Shown in pieces: positions 9,901-21,964 of a DNA stretch of 64,000 bases. The position numbers and the translations under genes are program-made. Origin of the DNA: Octopus bimaculoides (taxonomy: Eukaryota); NCBI RefSeq assembly GCF_001194135.2, contig NC_068991.1:23978057-24042056 (forward strand), in the 5' to 3' direction. Under the pieces are notes generated by a model. It saw nothing but the letters and a program-made list of their open reading frames with translations. It had not been told where the DNA came from and made no database searches. The first letter of the stretch is position 1; each line of letters begins with the position of its first letter.

Positions 9901-10587
9901 TTAACCAGGTATAGTACTTGGGGTACAGCCTAGCATCTAGAGATGACGGTCCATACCGTCCAACAGTAATGTGGGATGCCAGACAGATGAAGGATTGCAT
10001 TATTTGGCGTTTGGAATGATTTAGACCTCTAGGCAAGAGCTAGGAAGAGGTGACAGACATTGTGGCTAGTATCACTCAGAAATGGCACAAAAGAGAACAA
10101 TCATTGAAAGTTGGGGTTGATGTGGAGAATATTTACATTGCATCTGTCATCTACAACCACTTAACTGTCATGCGTTACCCCCGCACTATAGCTGAGCGCT
10201 TACTCTTCTGCTTTGCGCCGAAATGATCTATTGCGAGGCAAGCTAAGTCTTTAATCCTGAGTAGTTAATGGATGCCTCTGATGAGAAACAAGACCATACT
10301 GGTTAAATTTCGAAATTAAGTGATAAGGCTTTCTCCAACAATTTCTTTTTGTGAGTTTATCCCCAAAAGGAAGGATCGGTTATTTTGCTATGCTCGCTTC
10401 CCGTAAATATAATGAGGTTAGTGTTTCTGTGGCTTTTAGAGTTAAATCTTGACTTCCATTTTTAGCAATCACTGGTGCTATTTTGCATCCTTCATTTATG
10501 AATTCCTTTTTGGTTTTTAATTGCTAGCAAGCTGCCTATACTATAATGTATTTTATATATCTTAATATATTAATACAAATTTACAGT

Positions 10588-10954
10588 AAGGCGACGAGCT
10601 GGTAGAAACGTTAGCACGCCGGGCGAAATGCTTAGCGGTATTTTGTCTGTCTTTATGTTCTGAGTTCAAATTCCGTCGAGATCGACTTTACCTTTCTTCC
10701 TTTTGGGGTTGATAAATTAAGTACCAGTTGCGTACTCGGGTCGATATAATCGACTGGCCCCTCCCCCCAAAATTTCGAGCCTTGTCCCTAGACTAGAAAA
10801 GAATATACAAAAGTGTAAGTCGACGAGCTGGCAGAAACGTTAGCACGCCGGGCGAAATGCTTAGCGGTATTTCATCTGCCGCTATGTTCTGAGTTCAAAT
10901 TCCGCCAAGGTCAACTTAGCCTTTCATCCTTTCGGTATCGATTAAGTACCAGTT
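10588..10954 (+). mobile_element. Two adjacent OK-like SINEs (10588-10800, 10817-10954)
   Basis: Two heads GGCGACGAGCTGG.AGAAACGTTAGCACGCCGGGCGAAATGCTTAGCGG; second runs into a gap. Confidence 0.9.
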
Positions 10955-11331
10955 NNNNNNNNNNNNNNNNNNNNNNNNNNNNNNNNNNNNNNNNNNNNNN
11001 NNNNNNNNNNNNNNNNNNNNNNNNNNNNNNNNNNNNNNNNNNNNNNNNNNNNNNNNNNNNNNNNNNNNNNNNNNNNNNNNNNNNNNNNNNNNNNNNNNNN
11101 NNNNNNNNNNNNNNNNNNNNNNNNNNNNNNNNNNNNNNNNNNNNNNNNNNNNNNNNNNNNNNNNNNNNNNNNNNNNNNNNNNNNNNNNNNNNNNNNNNNN
11201 NNNNNNNNNNNNNNNNNNNNNNNNNNNNNNNNNNNNNNNNNNNNNNNNNNNNNNNNNNNNNNNNNNNNNNNNNNNNNNNNNNNNNNNNNNNNNNNNNNNN
11301 NNNNNNNNNNNNNNNNNNNNNNNNNNNNNNN

Positions 11332-11363
<32 letters not shown>

Positions 11364-11427
11364 ATGAATGTTTATATGTTCTCACACACATATGCAAAGA
11401 ATTATGGATTTTAATTTATTTTCTAAG

Positions 11428-11591
11428 GTGACGCTCAAAGGTGTTTACCATGAAAAAGTTGTTTTAAAACTGTACTTTGATGGACGTAATTCAACCATGG
11501 ATAACTGGTTTCAGTATACAAGACTAATAGGCTCCCCATGGACTGATCTAAACGCAACCAACTTTAATATGTTTTCACTTCGAGGAAATGA
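11428..11591 (+). CDS. Uncharacterised gene, coding exon
   Basis: TTTATTTTCTAAG acceptor (phase 0), GA|GTAAGC donor (phase 2); VTLKGVYHEKVVLKLYFDGRNSTMDNWFQYTRLIGSPWTDLNATNFNMFSLRGN. Confidence 0.9.
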
Positions 11592-11957
11592 GTAAGCTAT
11601 TTTTCATCACTTTTATGTTATATGGTTGTGTTCATTTACATCCTGGAATTAACTTGCTTTCATTCATCTGTAGGCAATAAATTATAACTCGAGTAATTAA
11701 TTTCCGGAGACCTGCTCAAAGATCCGTTATTATTATAATAAAAAAATCCCTGTTATTATTATAATCAAAGTCAAGCTCGCCTTACATCATTCTGTGGAAG
11801 ATAACTTTATGAAGCGGACACGGACTGAACTGATTCACTTGTTTATGCGCTCATAAACGGCAGTGTTTTAGAATACATACACACACACATACACAGACAT
11901 ACATACACACATATATACACATACATACATACATACATACATACATACATGCATACA

Positions 11958-12222
11958 TGATGATGGCCGTCAACTCGTGACCGAGGAAGACCATTGCCGA
12001 CCTTCAGGAACATTGTGTGCTCTAGGACTAACTTATATTTTGCATTTGCGGCTCCGTTGGTGGCTAATGAGCCCTGCTCTTGACAAGCATACACGACTGC
12101 AAACATTGCAGATTAAGCTTTCCTCATTCACTATTTGAGCCGTGCACTTTCGCACAGCTCGCTTAAGTTCTTCATGCTGGATACGTGCTCTCTCAAAAGT
12201 GTCGATCCCCTCCTTAACCTGC
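11958..12222 (-). mobile_element. RTE-clade LINE 3' end with C2H2-type finger and 3' UTR
   Basis: QVKEGIDTFERARIQHEELKRAVRK...LICNVCSRVCLSRAGLISHQRS then ...GAGTTGACGGCCATCATC tail. Confidence 0.85.
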
Positions 12223-12849
12223 TTACATACATATATACAAACAAATACGTACATATATGCATGCATAGATAGTTGTATACATACATGCATACACTAGAAT
12301 TGAAAAATGCGCACGCTGGAAAGGGTTACAGAATGTCATAATAAACCTTAAATAGTATGGACTAGTCCGAAAGTTAAAAGTTAGCTGCTCCCACCCCCTA
12401 ATCCTGTTCCAATGAATAAAAAAAAAACGGGATGTTCAAAAGTGCAGCTTAATTGGACAACTGCTAGGCGACCCTCAAAGGCCTTGAAGTTGGAACATAG
12501 TATATGCAACGATTAATTCTGTTCAAAAGTGGTATACTGTTCCCTTTCTCAACCATTTTGTTTTGTTTTTCCTTTTTCTTCTTGAAGAAATTTATATGGA
12601 CACATCGTGGCAACTCCAACAAATGTTTAAATACGTTCTGAATCAAATTTACCAATAGGTAATTTTAGAAATTCCTGAAATAAGATGAAAAACTTAAGAA
12701 ATATTAGGTTTCCTCAATAAAGCACACAACTTGAGTGCTGGGAGGAGCTTTCCACAAGAGAAACGCATTTTTATTTACAACAATAGTTTCTATAGAATCA
12801 AAAACATAATGTGAACACTGAACACTGAATATTGATCATTATTTTTGCA

Positions 12850-14210
12850 TAAGAGAAGATTTAGTGGCAGTTGGGTATGTTTTACGGTTTTTGGTAACAA
12901 TCCGTAAAACAAGTTGTTTCTCAGTTTCATCTTTTTGTGGGAATGTTATTGTAATCCTGAATGAGTTTTGACACCTCTTTCTACAACATCATTCACAACA
13001 ACTGTCTTCTAAAAATTTTCAAGTCCACTTTTTTAACTAGGATTATCCTTCCATATTGAAGGGTCTTTGTCAAGGAAATCATCATCATCATCATCGTCGT
13101 TTAACGTCCACTTTCCATGCTAGCATGGGTTGGACGATTTGACTGAGGACTGGTGAAACCAGATGGCTACACCAGGCTCCAATCTGATTTGGGAGAGTTT
13201 CTATAGCTGGATGCCCTTCCTAACGCCAACCACTCCTAGAGTGTAGTGGGCGCTTTTACGTGCCACCGGCACGAAGGCCAGTCAGGAGGTACTGGCAACG
13301 GCCATGCTCAAAATGGTGTATTTTACGTTCCACCCGCACAGGAGCCAGTTCGGCGGCACTGGCAACGAACTCGCTCGAATATCTTTACACATGCCATCCG
13401 GCACAAGTGCCAGAAAGGCGATGCTGGGCACAGGTGCCATTGACGATTTCGCTTTCGCTTGCCCCAACAGGTCTTCGCAAGCCGAGTTTCGTGTCCAATG
13501 AAGGAGACGACGTTGGCATGGGTGCCAGTCTTCGAATATAAAATCTCATGGAGTTTTTTGTACCAGGAATTACAAAAGACGAAAACTCGATATTTGTAAA
13601 GGAAGAAAAGTCATTTTGGTGTAGAATGTACCTCTTCAGTTGATTTTTTTCTTCTTCCTCCTCTTTACCTATGTCTGCTTCCAGCATAACTTGAGCAATA
13701 TTTACCTTCACCTCTGTTGGAACATTGTCATCAAATATGGACAGAGCCACAGTTTCGGGAGCTAAGTACCAGAGATGACTGGAAAATTTTTTCGCAGCAT
13801 CCTTACTGGTTTCTGGATCAATATCATGATTAATTTATCAGTTGACACATGAATAGGAAATCAGGATAAGGTACTTTAATTGCTTCTGATGACAGAAACC
13901 AGGGTTGAACATACACTCGAGCAAGAAAAATACATATTCTTCTTAAAGAGTTCTTCTCCCCAGGAGGTAAATGAAAAATGATCTTGAAACAGGTTTATCT
14001 TGAATGCGTCAATTGCTTTTAACATCCACCTAGCATGATTTATAGTTCCTGGTGTACGAAACGATATCCCGTTCTTCAGAATGTCTCCAAGAAAGATTAT
14101 CGTTAACTTCAACAATTCTTGGCAATCATTTCGCTGTTGTTTCTGCGTGGAAAGGTGGTATTTACGAAATCCAAGAATGGTAGAGCGGAAATCATCAGGC
14201 ACTTCGTTGC
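12850..14210 (-). mobile_element. DNA transposase C-terminal relic (divergent hAT/hATm-like), interrupted by a retroposon
   Basis: FRTPGTINHARWMLKAIDAFKI...HLWYLAPETVALSIFDDNVP...FLDKDPSIW...VVNDVVERGVKLIQDYNN.PTKDETEKQLVLRIV..NRKTYP..TKS.L. Confidence 0.7.
13078..13535 (-). mobile_element. Family C retroposon nested in the transposase
   Basis: (ATC)n tail at 13078, body is the reverse complement of 7465-7830 with a longer 5' part. Confidence 0.85.
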
Positions 14211-14350
14211 TACCAGTTATGTAAACCTTCTTGTTGAATTTCGTCCAGGTTTCTCTAAATCTTTTGAAAAACGCCGTCTCTTAACCTAGTTTCAAATATG
14301 ATATGATCAACGTCACCCGTTATCGGATCCGGGTCGATAGAATAAGGTGT

Positions 14351-14801
14351 AAGGCTGCAAGCCGGCAGAAACATTAGCATGCCGGGCGAAATGCTTAGCG
14401 GTATTTCGTCTGCCGTTACGTTCTGAGTTCAAATTCCGCCGAAGTTGACTTTGCCTTTCATCCTTTCGGGGTCGATAAATTAAGTACCAGTTACGTACTG
14501 GGATCGATTTAATCAATTTAATCCCTTTGTCTGTCCTTGTCTGTCCCCTCTATGTTTAGCCCCTCGTGGGCAATAAAGAAATAAGAAACGTTAGCACGCC
14601 GGGCGAAATGCTTAGTGGTATTTCGTCTGCCGTTACGTTCTGAGTTCAAATTCCGCCGAGGTCGACTTTGCCTTTCTTCCTTTCGGGGTCGATAAATTAA
14701 GTACCAGTTACGCAGTGGGGATCGATCTAATCGACTTAATCCCTTTGTCTGTCTTTGTTTGTCCCCTCTATGTTTAGCTCCTTGTGGGCAACAAAGAAAT
14801 A
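14351..14801 (+). mobile_element. Head-to-tail dimer of OK-like SINE inside one 12-bp TSD
   Basis: Monomers about 14351-14585 and 14586-14801; AGAATAAGGTGT at 14339-14350 and 14802-14813. Confidence 0.85.
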
Positions 14802-14990
14802 AGAATAAGGTGTCATTCAAACACCTTAATCAATATCTATCGATTTACCATTACACTTTAAAATTGGTGACCTTGTACCTAAAATTACAAAATCGCTATT
14901 GTTGTTGTATTTGCTGTTGTTGTTATCGTCTGCACAGTCACTCAACAGTGTCTCTGATATTAAATTCTGCATATTTTCTTTCTGAAACAG

Positions 14991-15154
14991 AGTCGATCGT
15001 TCCTTCACTATAGGATATATTGGAGATACATGTGAGGAGGACCGTTGGTGGTTGACTTTTGTTGAAAGTCCATTTAACTGTTCGTATGTCAATTTGACGC
15101 ATTATCCTGCACTTCTCTTTTCCGATTCAAATTCCCAAACCTCCTGGAGCAAAG
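14991..15154 (+). CDS. Uncharacterised gene, coding exon
   Basis: TTTTCTTTCTGAAACAG acceptor (phase 2), AAG|GTAAGC donor (phase 1); VDRSFTIGYIGDTCEEDRWWLTFVESPFNCSYVNLTHYPALLFSDSNSQTSWSK. Confidence 0.92.
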
Positions 15155-15214
15155 GTAAGCCCTTCGCCATCTTACATTTATATTTACTGTGTGTTTGTAT
15201 TCATTTCGATAGTA

Positions 15215-15293
15215 ATAATGATAGCAGCAGCAAGTGTAGCAGCAGCAGGTGTAGCAACAGTAGCAGTAGTAGTAGTAGTAGTAGTAGTAGCAA

Positions 15294-15334
<41 letters not shown>

Positions 15335-15641
15335 AATAGTAGTAGCAATAGCAGTAGCAATAGTAGTAGTAGTAAGTAGCAGTAGTAGCAGTAGTAAGTT
15401 GTAGTAGTGGTAGTAGTAGCAGTAGTAAGTAGTAGTAGTCGTAGCAACAGTAGTAGTAGTAGTAGTAGTAGTAGTAGCAATAGTAGTAGTAGTAGTAGTA
15501 GTAGTAGTAAATAGTAGTAGCAATAGCAGTAGCAATAGTAGAAGTAGTAGTAGTAGTAGTAGTAAGTAGTAGTAGCAGTAGTAAGTAGCAGTAGTAGTAG
15601 TAAGTAGTAGTAGTAGTAGTAGAAGTAGTAGAAGTAGTAGC

Positions 15642-15682
<41 letters not shown>

Positions 15683-15685
15683 CAA
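15215..15685. repeat. (AGT)n/(AGC)n microsatellite
   Basis: Direct trinucleotide run of about 470 bp. Confidence 0.97.
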
Positions 15686-15754
15686 TGCAGCGGGAACGAA
15701 ACTAGAACCCAACGAATGCAAACTGAGCGCCTTCATTCCACCACCAGGTGAAAG

Positions 15755-15980
15755 CGCGTAGCTTAGTTGTTAGGGCACTCAGTGCACGATTGCAAGGTCA
15801 TGAGTTCTATTCCGGGCGGTGGGTTGCGTCATTGAGCAAGACATATTAATTTCACGTTGCTCCACTCGATTCAGCTGGCAAAAATGAGTTGTACTTTTAT
15901 TTCAAAGGGCCAGCCTTTTTTCACGCTGTGTCATGCCAAATCTCCCCGAGAACTACGTTAAGGGTACACGTGTCTGTAAA
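15755..15980 (+). mobile_element. Diverged OR-like tRNA SINE
   Basis: tRNA-like head, TTGAGCAAGAC core, and CCCCGAGAACTACGTTAAGGGTACACGTGTCTGT shared with family A. Confidence 0.7.
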
Positions 15981-16343
15981 CATGGTTTATGGTTTAGGGA
16001 GGTTAAGTTCCATGCTAGTATGGGTTGGACGGTTTGATTGAGGACAGCTGGTGCTCTGGCAACGATCACTTCTTTAAAGAAAACAAACCTTGACTGAAGA
16101 GGCTCAATGGTTTTCAGACACCTTAGTCTTAAATTCTTCTTACGTCACATGTCGTCAGAGGTTTAATTTGTTTTCCAAAGGTGCAGTGCAACAGTGATTA
16201 TCAAATTCATGTTCAAATCTGCCAAAATATGTTACAAATTGATATGAACATCTTCGTATTGCTGATGCTTCTAACATAGTTGTTCTTACTGCTTTTGTGT
16301 TATTCTTATTGTTATAACTGAGGTGTTTGTTGTTATTTTTCAG

Positions 16344-16387
16344 GATATGGACTGATTGATTACATGAGCGTAGAGTACCACATGTAA
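16344..16387 (+). CDS. Uncharacterised gene, terminal coding exon
   Basis: TTATTTTTCAG acceptor (phase 1); (G)YGLIDYMSVEYHM*, TAA at 16385-16387. Confidence 0.85.
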
Positions 16388-16410
16388 ACCAATTGTAATC
16401 CTAAAATACA

Positions 16411-16416
16411 AATAAA
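16411..16416 (+). terminator. Candidate polyadenylation signal AATAAA
   Basis: 24 bp after the stop, followed by a T-rich tract. Confidence 0.6.
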
Positions 16417-17159
16417 TGCCTTTTATATTTCTATTTTTACTTAAAAGTTGAAATTAAAATGATCAAGAACCATTTTATTTTCAGTTTTAATGAGAAGACT
16501 AATTGCCTACAAGTTTACACATTAAAAATTTGATGTTACAAAATTATATATTAAAAAAATTACGCAATAGCTATTTAAGCAAAATTGAAAATTATAAGCC
16601 CTAAGTATTTAAAAAAACCCCAAAAAACTGGTAAGTCAATTTTAGATTTTGTACTCAATTTGTTTATTAGTTTTCATTTTTTAAATATTTTTCTTAGTAN
16701 NNNNNNNNNNNNNNNNNNNNNNNNNNNNNNNNNNNNNNNNNNNNNNNNNNNNNNNNNNNNNNNNNNNNNNNNNNNNNNNNNNNNNNNNNNNNNNNNNNNN
16801 NNNNNNNNNNNNNNNNNNNNNNNNNNNNNNNNNNNNNNNNNNNNNNNNNNNNNNNNNNNNNNNNNNNNNNNNNNNNNNNNNNNNNNNNNNNNNNNNNNNN
16901 NNNNNNNNNNNNNNNNNNNNNNNNNNNNNNNNNNNNNNNNNNNNNNNNNNNNNNNNNNNNNNNNNNNNNNNNNNNNNNNNNNNNNNNNNNNNNNNNNNNN
17001 NNNNNNNNNNNNNNNNNNNNNNNNNNNNNNNNNNNNNNNNNNNNNNNNNNNNNNNNNNNNNNNNNNNNNNNNNNNNNNNNNNNNNNNNNNNNNNNNNNNN
17101 NNNNNNNNNNNNNNNNNNNNNNNNNNNNNNNNNNNNNNNNNNNNNNNNNNNTATATATA

Positions 17160-17385
17160 TATGGTAAGAAGCTGGCTTACCAACCACATAGTTCTGGGTT
17201 CAGTCCCACTGCATGGGACCTTGGTCAAGTGTCTTCTACTATAGCCTCGGGCCAACCAAAACTTTGTGAGTGCATTTGGTAGACGGAAACTGAAAGAAGC
17301 CCGTCGTAAATATGTGTGTGTGTGTCTGTGTTTGTCCCCCCCCCCATCGCTTGACAACCGAGGTTGCTGTGTTCCAGAATTTTAT
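17160..17385 (+). mobile_element. tRNA/CORE-type SINE (OR2-like family D)
   Basis: GGTTCAGTCCCACTGC...CCTTGGTCAAGTGTCTTCTACTATAGCCTCGGG...GACGGAAACTGAAAGAAGCCCGTCG; inverted copy at 25620. Confidence 0.8.
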
Positions 17386-18959
17386 ATTTTGCCTTGCAAT
17401 CGCTGCGATAATTATTAACTGGTAATGCAACAGTAAATGTGTGTTGTTTTAATGGAAATGAAAATAAAATTTTGTATTGACACTGGCCAGCCTGCACTTC
17501 ATGCATGTCAGTCGTCCACTGAATATACAACACAAGCAACACACAAGAAGAAAGTCACGAAAATAAAATAACACGTGTTAAAATAATTTTTAACACGTGT
17601 AGTGCAAAAACCTGTATTTGTTTAAATGTCATCTTTCTGCTTGTCAAATCTCTTTTATCAATTCATCTTCGCGTTAACAAAATATTCGAAGACTTGTTCA
17701 AAATTCTTGGAGGCGTGTTTGTCAGACGATGACATGTTACATTAATATAACAACAACAACAATAATTACAATTGTATCTGGTACAAAGCCAAGAATTCTT
17801 TTGCGGGGAAGAAACTAGCCGATACTTGATGAGAACTTTATTTCATCGATCCCGGACCGTTGTCAAGCAAAGTTGATCTCGGCAGCATTTGAACTTAGAA
17901 CGTATAAACCGGAACAAATAGTGCAAAGTCTTTTTTTTTCAGACTCTCTAACGATTCTGTTTTACTAGGTCCGGAGTTTTGAGGGAAGGTGGGTGGCGGT
18001 TAGTCTTGCCTGGTACTATACTTTTCTGACCCCGAGAATATTAAAGGCAAAGTTGACATAAAGAGTCAGGACAAATACCACACATTTGTCCAAAATGTAC
18101 CCATGAAAAATCCAGGTGTCAGAGTGGGTGTGAGAAAGCTGACAACCTCCGGGTGCCTTCGGTAAAAATTCTCATTATGCCAGAGACGTTTTAACTTTAA
18201 TCTGTCTCTCTTTGACTCAAATCGACGAGAAGGCATAAACAGTCGATATAGTCGGGGGATGGGGTGTCAGGTTGCTAATCTTGGTTGTCTCTGCGATTCC
18301 TGGAGCTGACAGGGCCATCTTTCCTGCACAATCAATCTCATTAATATTAGTTTGAAATTTTTGCAGAAGGTTAGCAATTTTTGTACAAGTCGATCTTGTA
18401 CCGAAATGCCGCTAATGTTCGGCGTGCAAACGATTCTGCCAGCTGACCGCCATACATCAATCTCATTGCTGCTATATTCAACATATTTTTTACTATCATT
18501 TTCAACGTCTTTTTCACCGTCGCCTACTCTCATATTTGTCTATAGTCAAGAGTTATTGTTATTATTCCTGTTGTTATCGTTTCATGTATTATTAAAACTG
18601 TTCAAATAATTTCATTTTCTGTTAAAGGTTCCTTTGTTCTTTATGTCCTAAGTTTACTCGACCGTGCAATTTGTTTCTTTTTTTTTTTGCTTGCATGTTT
18701 GTGGGCATTGATGTGTGAAATTCATTTTGTATTAAATTCACATTTCTTTTTTATCTGATGGCCATTTTGACGTGAAAATGTCATCAAAACATGAAAGAGT
18801 AAATATCTGCAAGAACAATCTATTTAATCGGTTACCAGGCATCGGGGGAAGATGCCCACATGCCGTTAATAATCTCTAACTTGCAAATATTCCATGGAAA
18901 AATTTTTCATATGGTATTTCATGGAAAAAACCCCATTTAATTCGAAGTTCGCAAAGAAC

Positions 18960-19360
18960 ATGTCTCATCACTTCGACAGTTCCGATGCAGTACCAGGCAG
19001 TGGCTCTCATATGACTTCTGATCTTAATTGATTGGACGTGTTATCATGTACATATTTTGTCTTGGTTTAAAAGATGGGCTACAGCAAATATTCTGCTCAT
19101 TGTCACAGATTTGCTTGTCAGTTGCTTGACCATAGCCAGTTGAGCATGTCCCATAGTGGCTAACAACATGTGAATCTTTGGCCACGAGCAGAAGTAGTGG
19201 GAGGAGTATCATAGCCATGTGTAGAGAGGATTTCTTTGGGGGTTTAAATAATTCATCCTCATGTGCCTGATGTATCCTTATCAGACGGGTAGTCATGATG
19301 GGTGTACTGAGCTTCGTATTTTCCCGTGTCACTTTGATGGCATGCATTACGCTCTTACTC

Positions 19361-19425
<65 letters not shown>
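18960..19425 (+). mobile_element. Unclassified retroposon-like sequence ending in (AAT)n
   Basis: Higher-complexity block terminating in a long (AAT)n tail; family not recognised. Confidence 0.35.
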
Positions 19426-19428
<3 letters not shown>

Positions 19429-19519
19429 AATGAGTTTCTCTGCATTAGGTGTACGAAAAACACTCGGCGAGAAATGAAAGAAAATTTGAAGAAAGAAGAA
19501 AAAAAAAATCCTTTCTACT

Positions 19520-19712
19520 ATAGGCACAAGACCTGAAATTTGGGGGAGTGGGATAATCGATTACATCGACCCCAATACTGTGCTGGTGCTTATTTTATCG
19601 ATCCCGAAAGGATGAAAGGCAAAGTCGACTTCGGCGGAATTTGAACTTAAAACGTAAAGATGGACGAAATGCTGCTAAGCATTTTCCCCGGCGTGCTAAC
19701 GATTCTGCTAGC
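19520..19712 (-). mobile_element. OK-like SINE (family B)
   Basis: Reverse complement of the complete family B core. Confidence 0.88.
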
Positions 19713-19719
19713 TAAAGAT

Positions 19720-21070
19720 TAAACTCGAAGGGTTAAACCATCCAACCCCAGAGATTTTCCCGTGCGTAGTTAGTTATCGTGTCACGTATGTTTTCGGCTG
19801 TTATCGGCATTTTGCAGAACCCCCCATTCCTGACCAAAAGCTACGACAGGCTGTCGACGTAGGAAGTGAAAGTCACCACTGTCTCCGACCCACCGCGCGC
19901 CGCGGACGGTTTAGTGAAGTGCCGCTGAAATTCTGCACACATCTCTTCGGATTCCAGTTGCAAGAGCCTGTACCCACCCGTCAAAGGCCGAATTGTCGCC
20001 ACGTTGCGGCTCTGCCATTCTAGATCATCGAACAGCTCTCGTTCACTACTGTTTTAGAGCACGCGTCTTAACTCTGACAATGCAACCTCTTTGCTTGGCA
20101 TTAAAGAATCGACCGAGAGTCAATCTCGTCACCAGTACGTCGATTGCAATGCCTTTTCTAAGTGCCTCTTCTAGCTTCCTGACTATATCTCCCTTTACTC
20201 ATGACTTTTCTATTGCTAACCCTAACCCCAACGCCTCTGCTTTAATAGCTCTTCCGGGGCTGTACATCATCAGTTGTTGACGATTGTACTCAACAACTTC
20301 TAATGGACTAACTTGTTAACTCGGTCTCTGAAAGCTTGATGCACCGAGAAAGACGTGTCCAGTTTCCAGTATCTGGAGCCCAGCCTATGGATCCTATCTA
20401 GGTCAACTGTACAGATCATAAATTTGTGGTTTGTATAGCTGACGACTTTGAACTGTGGACATCTTATGCTATTTCTGTTTACTGGTCTACAAAATGTTCT
20501 ATCTAGATATCATATGGATGACCCGATGTCCACATTGGCGCATTCGGGAAATCCAACCGGTTTTAAGCCACTGAGCAACTTTGTGAAGTTTTTATAACCC
20601 CTCTCCTATCGGCTGGCCCCACACAGTCCAGACGAGCATTCAAAATGGCGTTCTAATTGCCCACAAGCATTAAAGAACAAGACGTCCCAAGGAAAATTTC
20701 CAAACGTATGAAGAAAGCCGGCTGTTCACCCCAGTCGGGGAGTACACAGCGAGTAATCTAAAAGCACCACCTTCACTACCCTTCACGTCCAAGACCACAA
20801 ATTAACCTTCCGGGTCCAAGAAGATCGATGGTATCACGTGCCCAGGCCTTTTTGGAACAGCACCTCCCCTGGTACTCGTTCCAGGTCGAGTAAGAGACAC
20901 AAAAATCTCAAATTCGCTAAAATTGGTGCTAAGGTGCGTGTCTTAGAAATCTTGGTCACGCTGGCAGCTATCACATCCAAGACCCCAGATCATGTTTATT
21001 TGTGCTGCCCACTCTTAAGATGACCAAGCTGACCGAAAAGAAGAGAAGAAAAAAGGTCTCCTACCTTAAA
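19720..21070 (-). mobile_element. Tx1/L1-clade LINE ORF2 relic (AP endonuclease to start of RT)
   Basis: FLDPEG...GAFRLLAVYSPTG, HKFMICTVDL...YWKLDTS, IKAEALG...LEEAL, and GKS.G..G.PFEF near 19730. Confidence 0.75.
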
Positions 21071-21719
21071 AGTTTTCTGCTAAGCACTCGGGTGTATGAA
21101 AACTCGTTTTCTGTATAGGGATTCTTGGGGAAATCCTGAACACTTGAGTTCCCATCGTCATGTAGGAAACTCTCTCTCATTTCCCTGTGAGAATTAATTG
21201 GTAGTCTAAGTAATTTCAGATCCTCCGGTACATTAACTGTGTTGTTTTTGTAAACCTCCCCTTCTCTCTCTATGTCTCCTTTTTGTGCTATGCAAGAAAA
21301 CAGTTCCCTATTTTTATTTTTTACTAATACAAAGATGGGTGCAACTGGTTGTGGGTGTGCTTGTCTGGGCTTGTGTATTTGTCTTCTAGTTTTCCACTTG
21401 TGTGGTTGTTGTCTCGCTTGTGTATCGCCTTTTTTGTTACTGTAACTTGAGGCGGTGGTGGTGGTGATAGTGTAGTTGCTTTAGTTTTGGTTTCACTTCC
21501 GTTTTTTTTTGCTTCCCCCGCCTCACCTCCTTACCTGATATATGGTCGGGAGACTCTACCTCGGATGGGGGGTAGGGGCATGCTTCTCCTGTGAATACAT
21601 CTGTTATTTTGTATGTAGGTAAGGTATAAACAGGGGTAAGGGAGGGAGAGAGAGAGGGAGAAGATAGAGATAGATAGATAGAGATAGGTAGATAGATAGA
21701 TAGATAGATAGTTAGTTAG

Positions 21720-21768
<49 letters not shown>

Positions 21769-21917
21769 NNNNNNNNNNNNNNNNNNNNNNNNNNNNNNNN
21801 NNNNNNNNNNNNNNNNNNNNNNNNNNNNNNNNNNNNNNNNNNNNNNNNNNNNNNNNNNNNNNNNNNNNNNNNNNNNNNNNNNNNNNNNNNNNNNNNNNNN
21901 NNNNNNNNNNNNNNNNN

Positions 21918-21964
<47 letters not shown>

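Noticed and set aside
12294-12308. ACTAGAATTGAAAA shared with 48840, a possible reversed Helitron end
   Set aside because: No convincing hairpin at either site; AT-rich 14-mer.
15089-15736. Poly-L/T/Y/S ORFs
   Set aside because: Translations of the (AGT)n microsatellite.
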